Source of the DNA: a virus | IMG/VR virus record: IMGVR_UViG_3300033145_001228 | Span: 1 to 41,350 of that record | Reading direction: 5' to 3' (one strand) | DNA: 41,350 bases | Shown here: positions 31,401 through 39,894 of the stretch, piece by piece | Position numbering within the stretch: the first letter of the stretch is position 1 | Layout of the letters: every line of letters starts with the position of its first letter | Notes under the pieces: model-generated | Database searches by the model: none | Told to the model about the DNA's origin: nothing | The model's input: the letters and a program-made list of their open reading frames with translations, nothing else | Program-made: the position numbers and the translations under genes

Positions 31401-32916
31401 CAGCCGGCACTTCGCGGGGAACTCTACGGAGTTTACGTTCAAGATCCAGCTTCTTAACCGGAACTGCTGGCTTCTTAACTGGAACAACAAGCTTCTTAGG
31501 TTCAACCGGCTCTAACCCTTCTTCCTTAAACAGTTTAGGAACAACTTTAGAAGGCTTGACCTCTTTAGTAATTACCTCCTCTTTTTCCTCTGCTGCCAAA
31601 ACAACAAACTCCGGCTTAACCCTTGCAATCTCTTTCTTAAGATCTTCCGGTATTTTACCCTTCTCAATCTCTTTAAGCTGATCAGGCGTAACAGTAATTG
31701 ACTTCGTATCCTGTCCGGATGATTCTTTTGAAAACGTGCTTACTGTCTGAAACGTAGCACCTGGCAACATAAGCAATGGAAAGCCTTCAGCGCTTGCTTT
31801 AAGAACACCGCCCATGCGATCAAGAGCATCTTGAGAACTGGGCCCCTTATATTTCTCATCCTTAGACACTACCTCAATCACACCAGCTAAGGCTTCTCCA
31901 CTTAAAGTAACCGCTTCCTGAGCTACCTCCTGTGTAATCTCAACACCGGTTGCACCAGCCAAATCAAGACTAAGGGCCAATAATTTTCCTCTAATAGTAG
32001 GATTTTTAAGAATGGCATCCTGAATCTTTTTCTTAAAGAATATACTCCCGCCAGGAAGCCTCTTTGCTATGGTTCCAAGCTGTGAAGCTTCAATAAATCC
32101 ATTAGCCACGCCAACTGCTTCACTCACAGGTTTGGCCACTTTAGGATCAATACCAGATTGAATCATCTCAATAAAAGCATTGCCGCCTTCAATCTTGCGC
32201 GTAAAGTCCACCACTCCAAACGTAGCCCCTACACTAAATCCGGCTAATGTAGTAGCCGGAACAGCCGGAAGCGCACCACCGGCAGCCGCCGCCGCAGCTC
32301 CACCGATAGCGCCGGCAGTTCCTTTCTTCAAGCTTTCCTGAAATCCCTTAATCATAAATGGCAGAAATTCAGCCGTACCGCCAACCATACGCTTTGGAAG
32401 TCCAAGCCCTTCAAATTCCTCTGGAAGCTCCTTTTGTAAATTCTCAATCGACCTCAATCCTTCTTCGCTTTGTATTTCACCGCTCTTAATCTTTTCACCA
32501 ATCAATCCTTGCTCAACAACAAACTCACCTTTCTTAAATCTCTTTTTTGCAACCTCAGCAAAAGAAGGCTCTACTTTTTTTGGCTTCAATCCTTCCGTAA
32601 CACCGGCCCTTAATGTATCAGCTAAAATGGGCTTAGGAGCCGTTCTAAGGCCCTTAATTAAATTAGGCAGGGGTGAGATCGTTTCCGGTGAGATCGTTTG
32701 AAAATCTTGAGTTGTGCCAGAGGAAACAGGTGTTCTAGGGGCTCTCAGGAGCTTAGTCGGAGAGGGTTTTGGAAATAAATCCTCAACAATCCTATTTCCT
32801 GGTTGTTGAGGTATGGATAGAGGAGTCTTTATATCAGGCTGTTGCTCAGTAAAAAGATCCTGAACAACTCCTGCTCCAACTGCCGACGCATCAAATAGAT
32901 CTTTTATAACTGGCAT
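28465..32916 (-). CDS. Giant virion-associated protein (1483 aa): internal/ejection protein (T7 gp16-like position) or tape-measure-like
   Basis: Size; Gly-zipper hydrophobic region GTAGAIGGAAAAAAGGALPAVPATTLAGFSVGATFGVV; long charged helical middle; C-terminal hydrophobic segments. Last gene of the structural block. No catalytic domain recognised. Confidence 0.6.
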   Translation of the reverse strand: MPVIKDLFDASAVGAGVVQDLFTEQQPDIKTPLSIPQQPGNRIVEDLFPKPSPTKLLRAPRTPVSSGTTQDFQTISPETISPLPNLIKGLRTAPKPILADTLRAGVTEGLKPKKVEPSFAEVAKKRFKKGEFVVEQGLIGEKIKSGEIQSEEGLRSIENLQKELPEEFEGLGLPKRMVGGTAEFLPFMIKGFQESLKKGTAGAIGGAAAAAAGGALPAVPATTLAGFSVGATFGVVDFTRKIEGGNAFIEMIQSGIDPKVAKPVSEAVGVANGFIEASQLGTIAKRLPGGSIFFKKKIQDAILKNPTIRGKLLALSLDLAGATGVEITQEVAQEAVTLSGEALAGVIEVVSKDEKYKGPSSQDALDRMGGVLKASAEGFPLLMLPGATFQTVSTFSKESSGQDTKSITVTPDQLKEIEKGKIPEDLKKEIARVKPEFVVLAAEEKEEVITKEVKPSKVVPKLFKEEGLEPVEPKKLVVPVKKPAVPVKKLDLERKLRRVPREVPAVIAPAKLQEAVKEIEDTSKLLEEKEKSELSIELSELAKTPEVNLLVAVKDIGGIAPTLAGKLKEELAAIPKSLKGKVPLDEAVERLKQFGHEFADGEELRQAIIEEARQPIDKADKAQLRNILSRIRKNQKAIVKVQAIIQQISQRQVPAGKVKQIVRASTAQLKVSDLISADAALAEVLRKEQQISRKAFVFGKVTGVEVQKIQTRSVKARERERRAVREEISGIVKRINKLPTQNLPIEYKEKIEEIKSGFDFGRRTQKTLARRESMKIFIQQQEEQGVEINIPQESLDLLEKVTLNDITLQELRDIDEVIARLVHLGRTKNRIFTDIKNHNFEAALDDMINTITKGKGITEKSAIIRTLEDNPNIADKSLEGLKSYIAMHLRPEVMVNGLDGFEEGINTQAIWDPSLAAEGDKLREQARTLEKIQKILKPMDVNKTLGKKFTVGRFKNMTKDQALFIYANSFNAGNMSHLIGSGITQDDLIEVERFLTDEEKSMARDIIKFYDEDQYQKLNDIHRDLEGVNLPKEENYFPIDRLEDISYQKELQLDILQRAAVRRAGVVKGFTKSRVHSTKAFSDFSFIGTIFRNWQKIEHYKAFAKSVRDVNKFVTNKKFKRAVEENFGKRYYFELDKWIKDVAFNGDKAPMQAIDQISRFIRTNYATAVLGLNFVTMMKQPVSYFQGAEFMGKRAAMRGTVKFIGNPIKWIEFSKNKSVFMKNRSFRQERELREIQARRGKTALLKTGKVQRGREFVMIPILAADRATVTSLWIGAYFDQISLGKTEADAVKWADKVIRRTQPQGSIINLPGVFRGSEIQKLYTIFKNQLNQNFNLIFELYQKTGKGKMSINKFIQGNIMLWLAPAFAIGFISRRRTPDKKEFFWDTLGQLTGTFIIFSSFVQSMQSGFLQSGTPLDQLVEDAVKVGSAKKTSSKAKAAADVIGKLTGFPVVFTRRVLKGEPFGKLSPKKRKSKIKFGGISGL

Positions 32917-33575
32917 TATTTAATAAATTTCCTCGCTCTTAAAGCGGAGATAATTTCATCCCTTGTTTTGTCCGGAAAGGCTGCCAGATTCTCAGTAATC
33001 AAAGCTTCTTCATCAGAAGTGAAATCTTCAACCTTTCCTGTTTTATCAATAGTTGCATCTCCGGTAATCTTCTTTGTTATCTTAGTTTGTTTCTTGAGCT
33101 TGCGTGACTTTACCGATAAAGCCTTAGCTTGCCCCCTTATAGCTTCGGCTTCAGGCGTGAATTTAGTTTCTTTTCTGAATGGCGCGCCACCTGTTACCAA
33201 TGCTCTAAGAAAACCAAGAGGCCCCAGCGGTCCGGTTCCTACTTCTTCCTGTTCAGTTAATCCTTTAAACTTCTCAGTAGCCGCTGCTGTTTCAGGAGTT
33301 AAACCTAGAATATTCTGCGCTTGAATAGCCTCGCCTAATCCTACCGGCTCATCAGTTGTCGTAACAGTTTTGGTTGTTTGGTCCTTCTTAAGCCCTGCCT
33401 TAAATGTCTCAAACTCCTTCTTCTCAGCAAGATCAACACCTTTAGTCTGTTTAGCAATTAATAATTTAATAAGATCGGATGTTTGAAGGCCCCCTGTTTG
33501 CTGAGGTAATCGAGAGGGAAGATTCCTTAATACGCCTTTCTGATCAAATAATATTTTAAAGAATAACATAATCAT
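32916..33575 (-). CDS. Virion-module protein with shared N-terminal leader (219 aa); internal-protein candidate
   Basis: MIMLFFKILFDQKG leader. TAATG overlap with the giant gene. Confidence 0.55.
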   Translation of the reverse strand: MIMLFFKILFDQKGVLRNLPSRLPQQTGGLQTSDLIKLLIAKQTKGVDLAEKKEFETFKAGLKKDQTTKTVTTTDEPVGLGEAIQAQNILGLTPETAAATEKFKGLTEQEEVGTGPLGPLGFLRALVTGGAPFRKETKFTPEAEAIRGQAKALSVKSRKLKKQTKITKKITGDATIDKTGKVEDFTSDEEALITENLAAFPDKTRDEIISALRARKFIK

Positions 33576-33577
33576 AA

Positions 33578-34432
33578 TTAACCCCCCTCCTTCTTCTTAC
33601 CAAAACCTAACAGTTGAGATAATAGAGCAGTATCAACAGCTGATTGACCAACCCCCGATACACCTTGACCTAGCCTTTGAGTAAAACTAGGCTCAAAAAA
33701 TGTTTCTGCTGGTTGACCGGTTAAGAAACTGACAGCTTGGCCTGAAGCACCCTGTTCTTCAGCTATTTGTCTCTGAAGGTCTTGAAGAGAAAATGCTTGG
33801 CCTTGAGCTTGTCCAGCCCTTTGTGTCTGACCTAATCCAAGCGCCTGACCTATATTGGCTTGAGCGAATGTCTCTTGAAGGCCTAATGCTTGAAGCTGGC
33901 TTTGGATCTGCTGAACAGCTAAATCAGAAGCTAAGAGTTCACCAGAAATGCGCTGCTTCTCAGATAAATCAGACTGTGCTTGAAGTCCAGGGGTAGAGGA
34001 CACAAGTCCTAATCGATTAAACCTATTTTGAGTCGCTTCCCTTTCTTCCTCGAATAACTCTTTTTGTCGGGCTCGCTGTGCATCGAAGGCCCGCTTTGTT
34101 ATATCCGCTGTTATTCCTTCGGCTGTAATAGGTGCACCAAGTCTTGTACCAATTGCTTTCTCAGCTTGAGCTTCTATGCCTGGCTGTGCTTGAGTAAGCG
34201 CTGGATCCTGAGTAAAAGAAGTTCTTTGCCCTAAACGGCCTGTAAGAAACTGAGACGTTTCCCCGCGCTCTTTTGCAAAAGGATCAATAGTTGTTTTCTT
34301 ATCCTTTCCAAAAGCACCAACAATTCCACCTATTGTTTTAGCAACTAATCCACCGCCAGCAGCTAAGGCAATCGGATCAATTCCTCTTTCATCCTTTAGA
34401 ATATTCCTAAATAACCTAATCAGTCTTTTCAT
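33578..34432 (-). CDS. Gln/Gly/Ala-rich virion-module protein with shared leader and a hydrophobic segment (284 aa); internal-protein candidate
   Basis: MKRLIRLFRNILKDERG followed by IDPIALAAGGGLVAKTIGGIVGAFG. Confidence 0.55.
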   Translation of the reverse strand: MKRLIRLFRNILKDERGIDPIALAAGGGLVAKTIGGIVGAFGKDKKTTIDPFAKERGETSQFLTGRLGQRTSFTQDPALTQAQPGIEAQAEKAIGTRLGAPITAEGITADITKRAFDAQRARQKELFEEEREATQNRFNRLGLVSSTPGLQAQSDLSEKQRISGELLASDLAVQQIQSQLQALGLQETFAQANIGQALGLGQTQRAGQAQGQAFSLQDLQRQIAEEQGASGQAVSFLTGQPAETFFEPSFTQRLGQGVSGVGQSAVDTALLSQLLGFGKKKEGG

Positions 34433-34437
34433 CTTAT

Positions 34438-34758
34438 TTAACCCTCCTTTGATATTTTGTCTGTTAGTATGCGTATATTCCTGTTCAACTCAATTGTGAG
34501 TAATGGCATTTGAACATCAACACAATTCCAAAAAGATGTTTCTTCTCCGGCATCATTTGAACTTTTAAATTCCATAAAGAACATACAAAACTTTCCAACA
34601 CAGGGTTGCCCTAGAAGTCGAGGACAAGATCTATTTCCTTCAAGATTCTCTCCCATAATATCAAGAACAGCTCCTTTATTTTTTAAAACCCTGTCCTTTA
34701 AATTCTGAGCAGCCGACAATCCTTTTTCTTTCTTCTTGAAAATAATTAATGGATTCAT
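34438..34758 (-). CDS. Cys-rich hypothetical protein (106 aa)
   Basis: ORF in the tail/fibre block. Confidence 0.55.
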   Translation of the reverse strand: MNPLIIFKKKEKGLSAAQNLKDRVLKNKGAVLDIMGENLEGNRSCPRLLGQPCVGKFCMFFMEFKSSNDAGEETSFWNCVDVQMPLLTIELNRNIRILTDKISKEG

Positions 34759-34761
34759 ATT

Positions 34762-35496
34762 CTAATCTTTCTGAAATAATTTCAAGGTTACATAAGCCGG
34801 AATATTATCCACACTTGATATTGTATGTGTGTGGCCTGATCCACCGCCTGTTGATCCAGTTGTTAAAGTGTTATTATCAGTATCAGTATCAGATGATAAT
34901 GTTGGGGGCGAAGAACCTATTGCACCAGAGGATTTTTTACTTACAGTGTGAGTATGAGCCGGCATTTCTGAAATAGAAATCGTATGGCTTCCACTTGCCG
35001 CACCATGATCATGCGTATCCGATCCCGCTTCGCTAAGCGCAGTTGAATTTATCCGTATAAACTTATTACCATAAGTGCTCGACTTATCTGTAAAACCATC
35101 CGGTGTATCCGCAGATGAAGATAAAACAACATCCCCGCTTCTTCCCCATGTAAGACCTCCGGATGCGCGGTTAATCATTTCAGCAACTTTAGCTCTAAGA
35201 CCACCATCTTGATTCGTTTCAAGCCCAGGATTCGTTGCTGATAAATCAACCTGAAGTGTTCCGTCGGTATGCTGAGATAATCCAAAATCTGTCCTTACCA
35301 CTGATCCGGCAATCTGAACATTAGTTACAGAATCAGCAGCTAGATTTGTTGAAGTTAGAGCATTTACAACAGCCTCTATTTCGTCATAATTCGTGTTAAA
35401 ACCTGAAGCCGTAATAACTGTATTAGATGTCTTTCGTGTTATAGCAAGCGTATCTCCTCGCTGATCTAATAATATCCTTAAAAATAATCTTAACAT
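34762..35496 (-). CDS. Fibre protein with phage tail-collar / MdpB-like C-terminal domain, plus shared leader
   Basis: GSHTISISEMPAHTHTV ... GGGSGHTHTISSVDNIPAYVTLKLF matches the His-rich collar-domain pattern. N-terminus MLRLFLRILLDQRG. Confidence 0.6.
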   Translation of the reverse strand: MLRLFLRILLDQRGDTLAITRKTSNTVITASGFNTNYDEIEAVVNALTSTNLAADSVTNVQIAGSVVRTDFGLSQHTDGTLQVDLSATNPGLETNQDGGLRAKVAEMINRASGGLTWGRSGDVVLSSSADTPDGFTDKSSTYGNKFIRINSTALSEAGSDTHDHGAASGSHTISISEMPAHTHTVSKKSSGAIGSSPPTLSSDTDTDNNTLTTGSTGGGSGHTHTISSVDNIPAYVTLKLFQKD

Positions 35497-35505
35497 AATA
35501 CCTCC

Positions 35506-35745
35506 TTATTTTTTTCCAATTCGTTTATCTTTTTCTTTGGCAAGATCAATCCCACTAACAATAATTTCCTTCTCTGCATCAGAAATCTTTTGCGGCTGTT
35601 TGTCAGAATAATCTTGAACTAAAACATCAATTAATGTATTGGCTTTATTTTTAACGGCATCATCAACCCACTTCTGACGACCACCTGGCAATATATCAAA
35701 AACATCATGCTGAGTCTGTGTTAAGATTACTGTAATTTCCGGCAT
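35506..35745 (-). CDS. Hypothetical protein (79 aa)
   Basis: ORF with AAGGAGAAGATT upstream. Confidence 0.55.
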   Translation of the reverse strand: MPEITVILTQTQHDVFDILPGGRQKWVDDAVKNKANTLIDVLVQDYSDKQPQKISDAEKEIIVSGIDLAKEKDKRIGKK

Positions 35746-35758
35746 AATCTTCTCCTTT

Positions 35759-36571
35759 TTAAGTTGCTAAATATCCAGTAAATACTGTGGTTTGAATATC
35801 TGTTTGCACAGTTCCACCATTTTGAGTTACTTGAACCGTTACCGTATCATTCGCATCCATGTCAGCGAGAATCCCGATAACCATAGCCCATTGCCCTGAT
35901 ATATCTCCCGCAAATTGTCCAGGGTCAATGGTTATGATATATGTTCTGTTGCTTGTTACTAATGACAACTGATAACTGTCTGCGGCCGTATCTATATTTG
36001 CCAATAAGACATAAGCATTAAGATGATATTTTCCAGTAACCGGAGCTGTAAAAGCATTTGAATCAAAATTAGATCCAATATCATATACTTCAGTGGCAAG
36101 AACAACAGTTACCCCACCTGTCGCAATATTGTCTTGCGATCCTGAATTGATTACAGAAAATGCTGGCTGCGTCGGAAGAGTACGTTCACCATTTGCTGTT
36201 ATTATCCATCTATCCGTACCGGCCGTTTTCCCATAAAGAATATCATCATCAGAAGTACGTTCAGATTCAATTCCAGTATCTTGATCATCATCTTCTATTT
36301 TTGTCGGATCTGTGGCTACAACAGCTGATTGATCAATCCGAACCCAAGCAGTAGCGCCATCTGTATTCTGCCATGTTTCAAATCCACTACCGGTATCGTA
36401 AAGAACAACCTTACCTTTCCGGCCGCCTGTAACGCCGTTAGGCGCAACTGTAACAACGCCAATATCAACCTTATCTGCTATTTCACTTATAGCATCCATA
36501 AGCTTTTTGACATTCTCAGGCTTTGTCAGATCTTGTATGTCTAATCTAAAATTCACTTTTATCCTTTGCAA
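35759..36571 (-). CDS. Fibre/receptor-binding candidate with C1q/TNF-like C-terminal domain
   Basis: FTAPVTGKYHLNAYVLL ... DANDTVTVQV ... TVFTGYLAT parallels the C1q-domain hallmarks (F-x-A-P-x-x-G-x-Y, GD-x-V, S-x-F-[ST]-G-[FY]-L). Confidence 0.55.
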   Translation of the reverse strand: MQRIKVNFRLDIQDLTKPENVKKLMDAISEIADKVDIGVVTVAPNGVTGGRKGKVVLYDTGSGFETWQNTDGATAWVRIDQSAVVATDPTKIEDDDQDTGIESERTSDDDILYGKTAGTDRWIITANGERTLPTQPAFSVINSGSQDNIATGGVTVVLATEVYDIGSNFDSNAFTAPVTGKYHLNAYVLLANIDTAADSYQLSLVTSNRTYIITIDPGQFAGDISGQWAMVIGILADMDANDTVTVQVTQNGGTVQTDIQTTVFTGYLAT

Positions 36572-36854
36572 AAGCCTTTAATCTTAAATGGCAAGCACTA
36601 TTCACAAACCATGCGTGCTGTTTTAATATCTCCTGGCCCCAGGTAAATAGTTGGTCAGAAACAAGCTTCTCAACCCTATCCACATTAAGATGATTGAAAC
36701 AATCTGAACAGCAAGCAAAAGCAGCTTTAGTATCATCGTTAAACTGAACCCAAAATTCTCTATAATATTCATTCTGCTTTCCGTTCTTTTCAATGATCCT
36801 TTTTTCGCAAAATGGACATGGGCCAGGTTTTAGTAATGTATGATCAACTTTCAC
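36546..36854 (-). CDS. Cys-rich (CPFC...CCSDC) hypothetical protein (102 aa)
   Basis: ORF overlapping both neighbours. Confidence 0.55.
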   Translation of the reverse strand: MKVDHTLLKPGPCPFCEKRIIEKNGKQNEYYREFWVQFNDDTKAAFACCSDCFNHLNVDRVEKLVSDQLFTWGQEILKQHAWFVNSACHLRLKAFAKDKSEF

Positions 36855-38388
36855 GACTTCTTGAAACCCTCCTTAATGCTTTAGCCAAAAGCGCGTAATA
36901 TCTCACAAGCCATGCCTCATCTAATCCGGTTGTACCCATCGATACCTGGATAAGCTTCCCCTGTCTTGAAATTTCATGAGAAACCTCAGCATCAGATTCA
37001 ACGGCAAAACTATCCTCATCAAACTTAGCCACATCAAATAATGCAAATACTCCAACTCCTCCAAGCATATTCTGAGTTACAGTCTTTTCAGTAGCCGCAT
37101 TATTATCAATAACAAAATTTATATTAAGATTCCAATCTCCGGCATTATCATAAGAAAATTCGATCTTATTATATTTCTTCTCAATTGTCGGGTCTCCATG
37201 AGAAAGTCTTTTTGAGGAATAATTTGTATTGAAAGCCGCTCCGTCGTCGTTAGTTCCGGTATCATTTTTATAAACCTTTCCAACATACCCGCCATGATAT
37301 AACAAGTCCTGTCCGGCTGTATCAACCTCAGCAAAAGCATTAGCCGCGATAGAATAAATAAACCAGGGATATTGAAGCTTTCCAAACTTGTCTTGATATG
37401 GCCGGTTCCAATCCATAACAAGCGTTCTATCATTCGTTGTTTCTCCGGATGTTTTTGTAAATGAACACCAATACTGGCTGCGGTTATAAAGAAGTCCGGA
37501 CACAGCTTTATTCAGCCTTGATGTTACACCAGTTCTAATATAAGCCTTAATGTTATCTCCGACCGGAAAAACTGTATCTCCGATAGCCATATAAAAATTA
37601 AAGTCTTGAGCTAAGAATATAACCTGGCCGGAAGGCAACTCCTTCATGACTTGATGATTGACCGGACCAACATTAGTTGGAACCTTGTATATTTGAAATA
37701 ACGGATCCGACCCCCTGAACTGTACGCGATAAAGATGCGATCTTTTTCCAACAAGAAGATCATCTCCTTGCTTAGAAGCGCCGGTTAAAGCCTCTCCATC
37801 ATTATCAAAATTAAGAAAACTTGTGTACGGAGCAGAAGCATCACCCAAAGATCCATAATATAATAATCGAGGATCTGCTGTTGAATTAACCCAGGGATAC
37901 CTCTGCCATTCAATACAAAAACTTGCTGTAACGGAAGTTTCAAAGGTAGCTGCTGATCCGGTTCCATTCCATATTAAAGAATCATTATTTCCATTAACGG
38001 CTAAGACCTCATTTCCTAATGTTAGAAAGGCCCAGCGCACATTAACACCTTCAGTATATCCATCAAAAAGCTCTGTATAAGCATTGCTGGCAAACTTATA
38101 CAGCTTACCATCACTTCCGGCTCCCATAAAATGAGAAGTTCTTGTTCCGCTTGAAAACTCATTAAACTGAAAAAATCCTGTCCAGGCTACAGTTCCACCA
38201 ATTGATGCGCTTGTCAGAGCTGTAAATCCTTTTCTGGATCCCAATGAACCTTGAGGGTCTGAGAAGATATTAATGCTAGTCTCATCCCATTCACCGTCAG
38301 CTTTATTCTCATCAGAGTCTTTTGTATTGACTCCTAGAAAATTCTCCATAAATAAAAATGGTTGAAAGCGTCTACCTAGCATTACCAA
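36844..38388 (-). CDS. Large virion structural protein (514 aa); nozzle/tail-tubular-B-like by position
   Basis: Beta-rich and repetitive (GSDGKLYKF, NGNNDSLIWNG). Follows the adaptor-like gene. Function inferred from position only. Confidence 0.5.
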   Translation of the reverse strand: MVMLGRRFQPFLFMENFLGVNTKDSDENKADGEWDETSINIFSDPQGSLGSRKGFTALTSASIGGTVAWTGFFQFNEFSSGTRTSHFMGAGSDGKLYKFASNAYTELFDGYTEGVNVRWAFLTLGNEVLAVNGNNDSLIWNGTGSAATFETSVTASFCIEWQRYPWVNSTADPRLLYYGSLGDASAPYTSFLNFDNDGEALTGASKQGDDLLVGKRSHLYRVQFRGSDPLFQIYKVPTNVGPVNHQVMKELPSGQVIFLAQDFNFYMAIGDTVFPVGDNIKAYIRTGVTSRLNKAVSGLLYNRSQYWCSFTKTSGETTNDRTLVMDWNRPYQDKFGKLQYPWFIYSIAANAFAEVDTAGQDLLYHGGYVGKVYKNDTGTNDDGAAFNTNYSSKRLSHGDPTIEKKYNKIEFSYDNAGDWNLNINFVIDNNAATEKTVTQNMLGGVGVFALFDVAKFDEDSFAVESDAEVSHEISRQGKLIQVSMGTTGLDEAWLVRYYALLAKALRRVSRSRES

Positions 38389-39212
38389 ATATCTCCTGTA
38401 AAGTCGAATCGATCATGAAAATGTCCATCTAAGTGATTATCACTAAAATGGCCCTGATGTTGATAATCTTCGTATGGCCCATGCTGCGCGTGATTATCCG
38501 CAAAACCTCGCAATACTCTCACGCCTTTTTTCCTTAGCGGGCCCCTATTGACAGACAGCGCTCTATCAAGAATACCCATCCCTGGATTAGAAAGATCATG
38601 CCACTCCTGTTTCATCATGATCAAGCTCTCAGTATCACCTTGTTGCCTAAGCCTAGCCATTGAAACAAAGTGAGCAAAAGCACCGGAAAACTGTTTTGTA
38701 ATAAGGGTCTCAACACTTGAAGTTACATCCACCCATTGAAGTTCAATCTCCATAAAGACCGTATATGTTTTATCCGGCAACCTTCTAAACTGAATCTCCC
38801 AAAAATCACTCTCAGGCCTTGTTACAACAAATTCATGAGGAAGTCCGGAGTTCTCATTAGGATTAGTCCATTCATAAGCTCTTTGAACCGGAACCTCAGT
38901 TAAAGGATGCCGCGTTGTTCCATCTAATAAATAAGATTTTAAAACATTCTTGAAGGTAGCCGGCAATATGTCGCTTCCGGAATACTTAAATTTACTCGTT
39001 CCAATATTAAAAGAAATATCACTTCTTAAGAATTTCCAGTTTGTAAGATTGCAGAAGTCATGCCCGCGCTCATTGATAAGACGTTTAATCTTAACTGCCG
39101 CATCCGCGCTATCATCTCCTGTCATGTCGGCAACCATGCTAACGATACTGCCTTGTAAAATTCCTAAACCTCCGACCTCATCAAATAATATATCTCTTAA
39201 CAATTTAATCAT
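38382..39212 (-). CDS. Virion structural protein with shared leader (276 aa); adaptor-like by position
   Basis: MIKLLRDILFDEVGG leader. 7-nt overlap with the next structural gene. Confidence 0.5.
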   Translation of the reverse strand: MIKLLRDILFDEVGGLGILQGSIVSMVADMTGDDSADAAVKIKRLINERGHDFCNLTNWKFLRSDISFNIGTSKFKYSGSDILPATFKNVLKSYLLDGTTRHPLTEVPVQRAYEWTNPNENSGLPHEFVVTRPESDFWEIQFRRLPDKTYTVFMEIELQWVDVTSSVETLITKQFSGAFAHFVSMARLRQQGDTESLIMMKQEWHDLSNPGMGILDRALSVNRGPLRKKGVRVLRGFADNHAQHGPYEDYQHQGHFSDNHLDGHFHDRFDFTGDIW

Positions 39213-39221
39213 ATTGCCCCC

Positions 39222-39779
39222 TTAGTCTGCGGTCCAACGGCCGTATACTTCCATTCGTGGATGTTTTTTAAATAACTCGTTCAAATCTTTAGGTGATGGA
39301 TGCTTCCTTATTCCTCCAATAATATCATCAAGAAAATCTTTTTTTACCTGTTCCGAACAATACGGAGCCCAGGGATTATTTATAAACCTTAATCCTAATG
39401 CTTGTCCTAATACTCCAACATGATCATATCCTCTTTTCCACCAGGGTCTATCAAGCCTTCTTCTTATCCTGTCATATATCAGTTTTTCTTCTTCTTTAGT
39501 AAGATCTTTTATTTTCCAGAACTTTAACCGACTATTCGGAGTCATGTACCGGTTAAGAGAAATACCGGAAAATGTATTTCCTTGAGAAACAAATCCTCCT
39601 GGCCAGAGCATTGACATAACATGATTGTAATTTGCCTTTGTTCGCCACTTAATCAACCACTGAATAAATCCGGAGCTATGATCACTAAGTACAATCAGCG
39701 GCAAGTCCTCGCCCATTATCAATTTTGGCCTTATCACGCCTTCTATCTCCTTCCTTCCTACGTTCAGGAATTTGAACAT
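39222..39779 (-). CDS. Permuted papain-like (YaeF/YiiX, peptidase C92, NlpC/P60 superfamily) hydrolase; endolysin candidate
   Basis: ANYNHVMSM (His motif), RPWWKRGYDHVG and APYCSEQVKKDF (Cys motif) parallel E. coli YiiX (SDYSHTGML, GKPYDFSF, RQYCSEVVWKVY). The start is uncertain: ATG 39779, GTG 39737 after AGGAG, or ATG 39716. Confidence 0.7.
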   Translation of the reverse strand: MFKFLNVGRKEIEGVIRPKLIMGEDLPLIVLSDHSSGFIQWLIKWRTKANYNHVMSMLWPGGFVSQGNTFSGISLNRYMTPNSRLKFWKIKDLTKEEEKLIYDRIRRRLDRPWWKRGYDHVGVLGQALGLRFINNPWAPYCSEQVKKDFLDDIIGGIRKHPSPKDLNELFKKHPRMEVYGRWTAD

Positions 39780-39894
39780 TTAACTCTTTAAACATCTGAT
39801 CATACATAGCATCCTTATATTGATCATGTCTTTTGTAGCTTGCTTCTATAGCCTTAATTGTGTGCAAAACTATTTCAGCATCGTCTAAAGTCAT
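39685..39894 (-). CDS. Hypothetical protein (69 aa); its 3' end overlaps the hydrolase gene
   Basis: ATGA overlap with the stop of 39891-40136. The C-terminal third may be non-coding overlap. Confidence 0.4.
   Translation of the reverse strand: MTLDDAEIVLHTIKAIEASYKRHDQYKDAMYDQMFKELNVQIPERRKEGDRRRDKAKIDNGRGLAADCT

Noticed and set aside
35440-35496. The idea that the shared N-terminal motif reflects a conserved RNA element (the GAxGAGG-like purine stretch within GAT-SAG-ARA-GGA) rather than a peptide.
   Set aside because: Codon choices differ between copies (e.g. TTA/CTA for Leu, GAG/CAG/GAA at the E/Q position) while the amino-acid pattern is kept. No in-frame start follows the purine stretch. 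Protein-level conservation is the simpler reading, but it has not been formally tested.
37119-37433. Same-strand nested ORFs in alternative frames, e.g. 37119-37433, 37785-37967, 21745-22023, 22456-22650, 17722-17940 and 5630-5839.
   Set aside because: They are wholly contained in longer genes with recognisable domains, have no SD, and have atypical composition.
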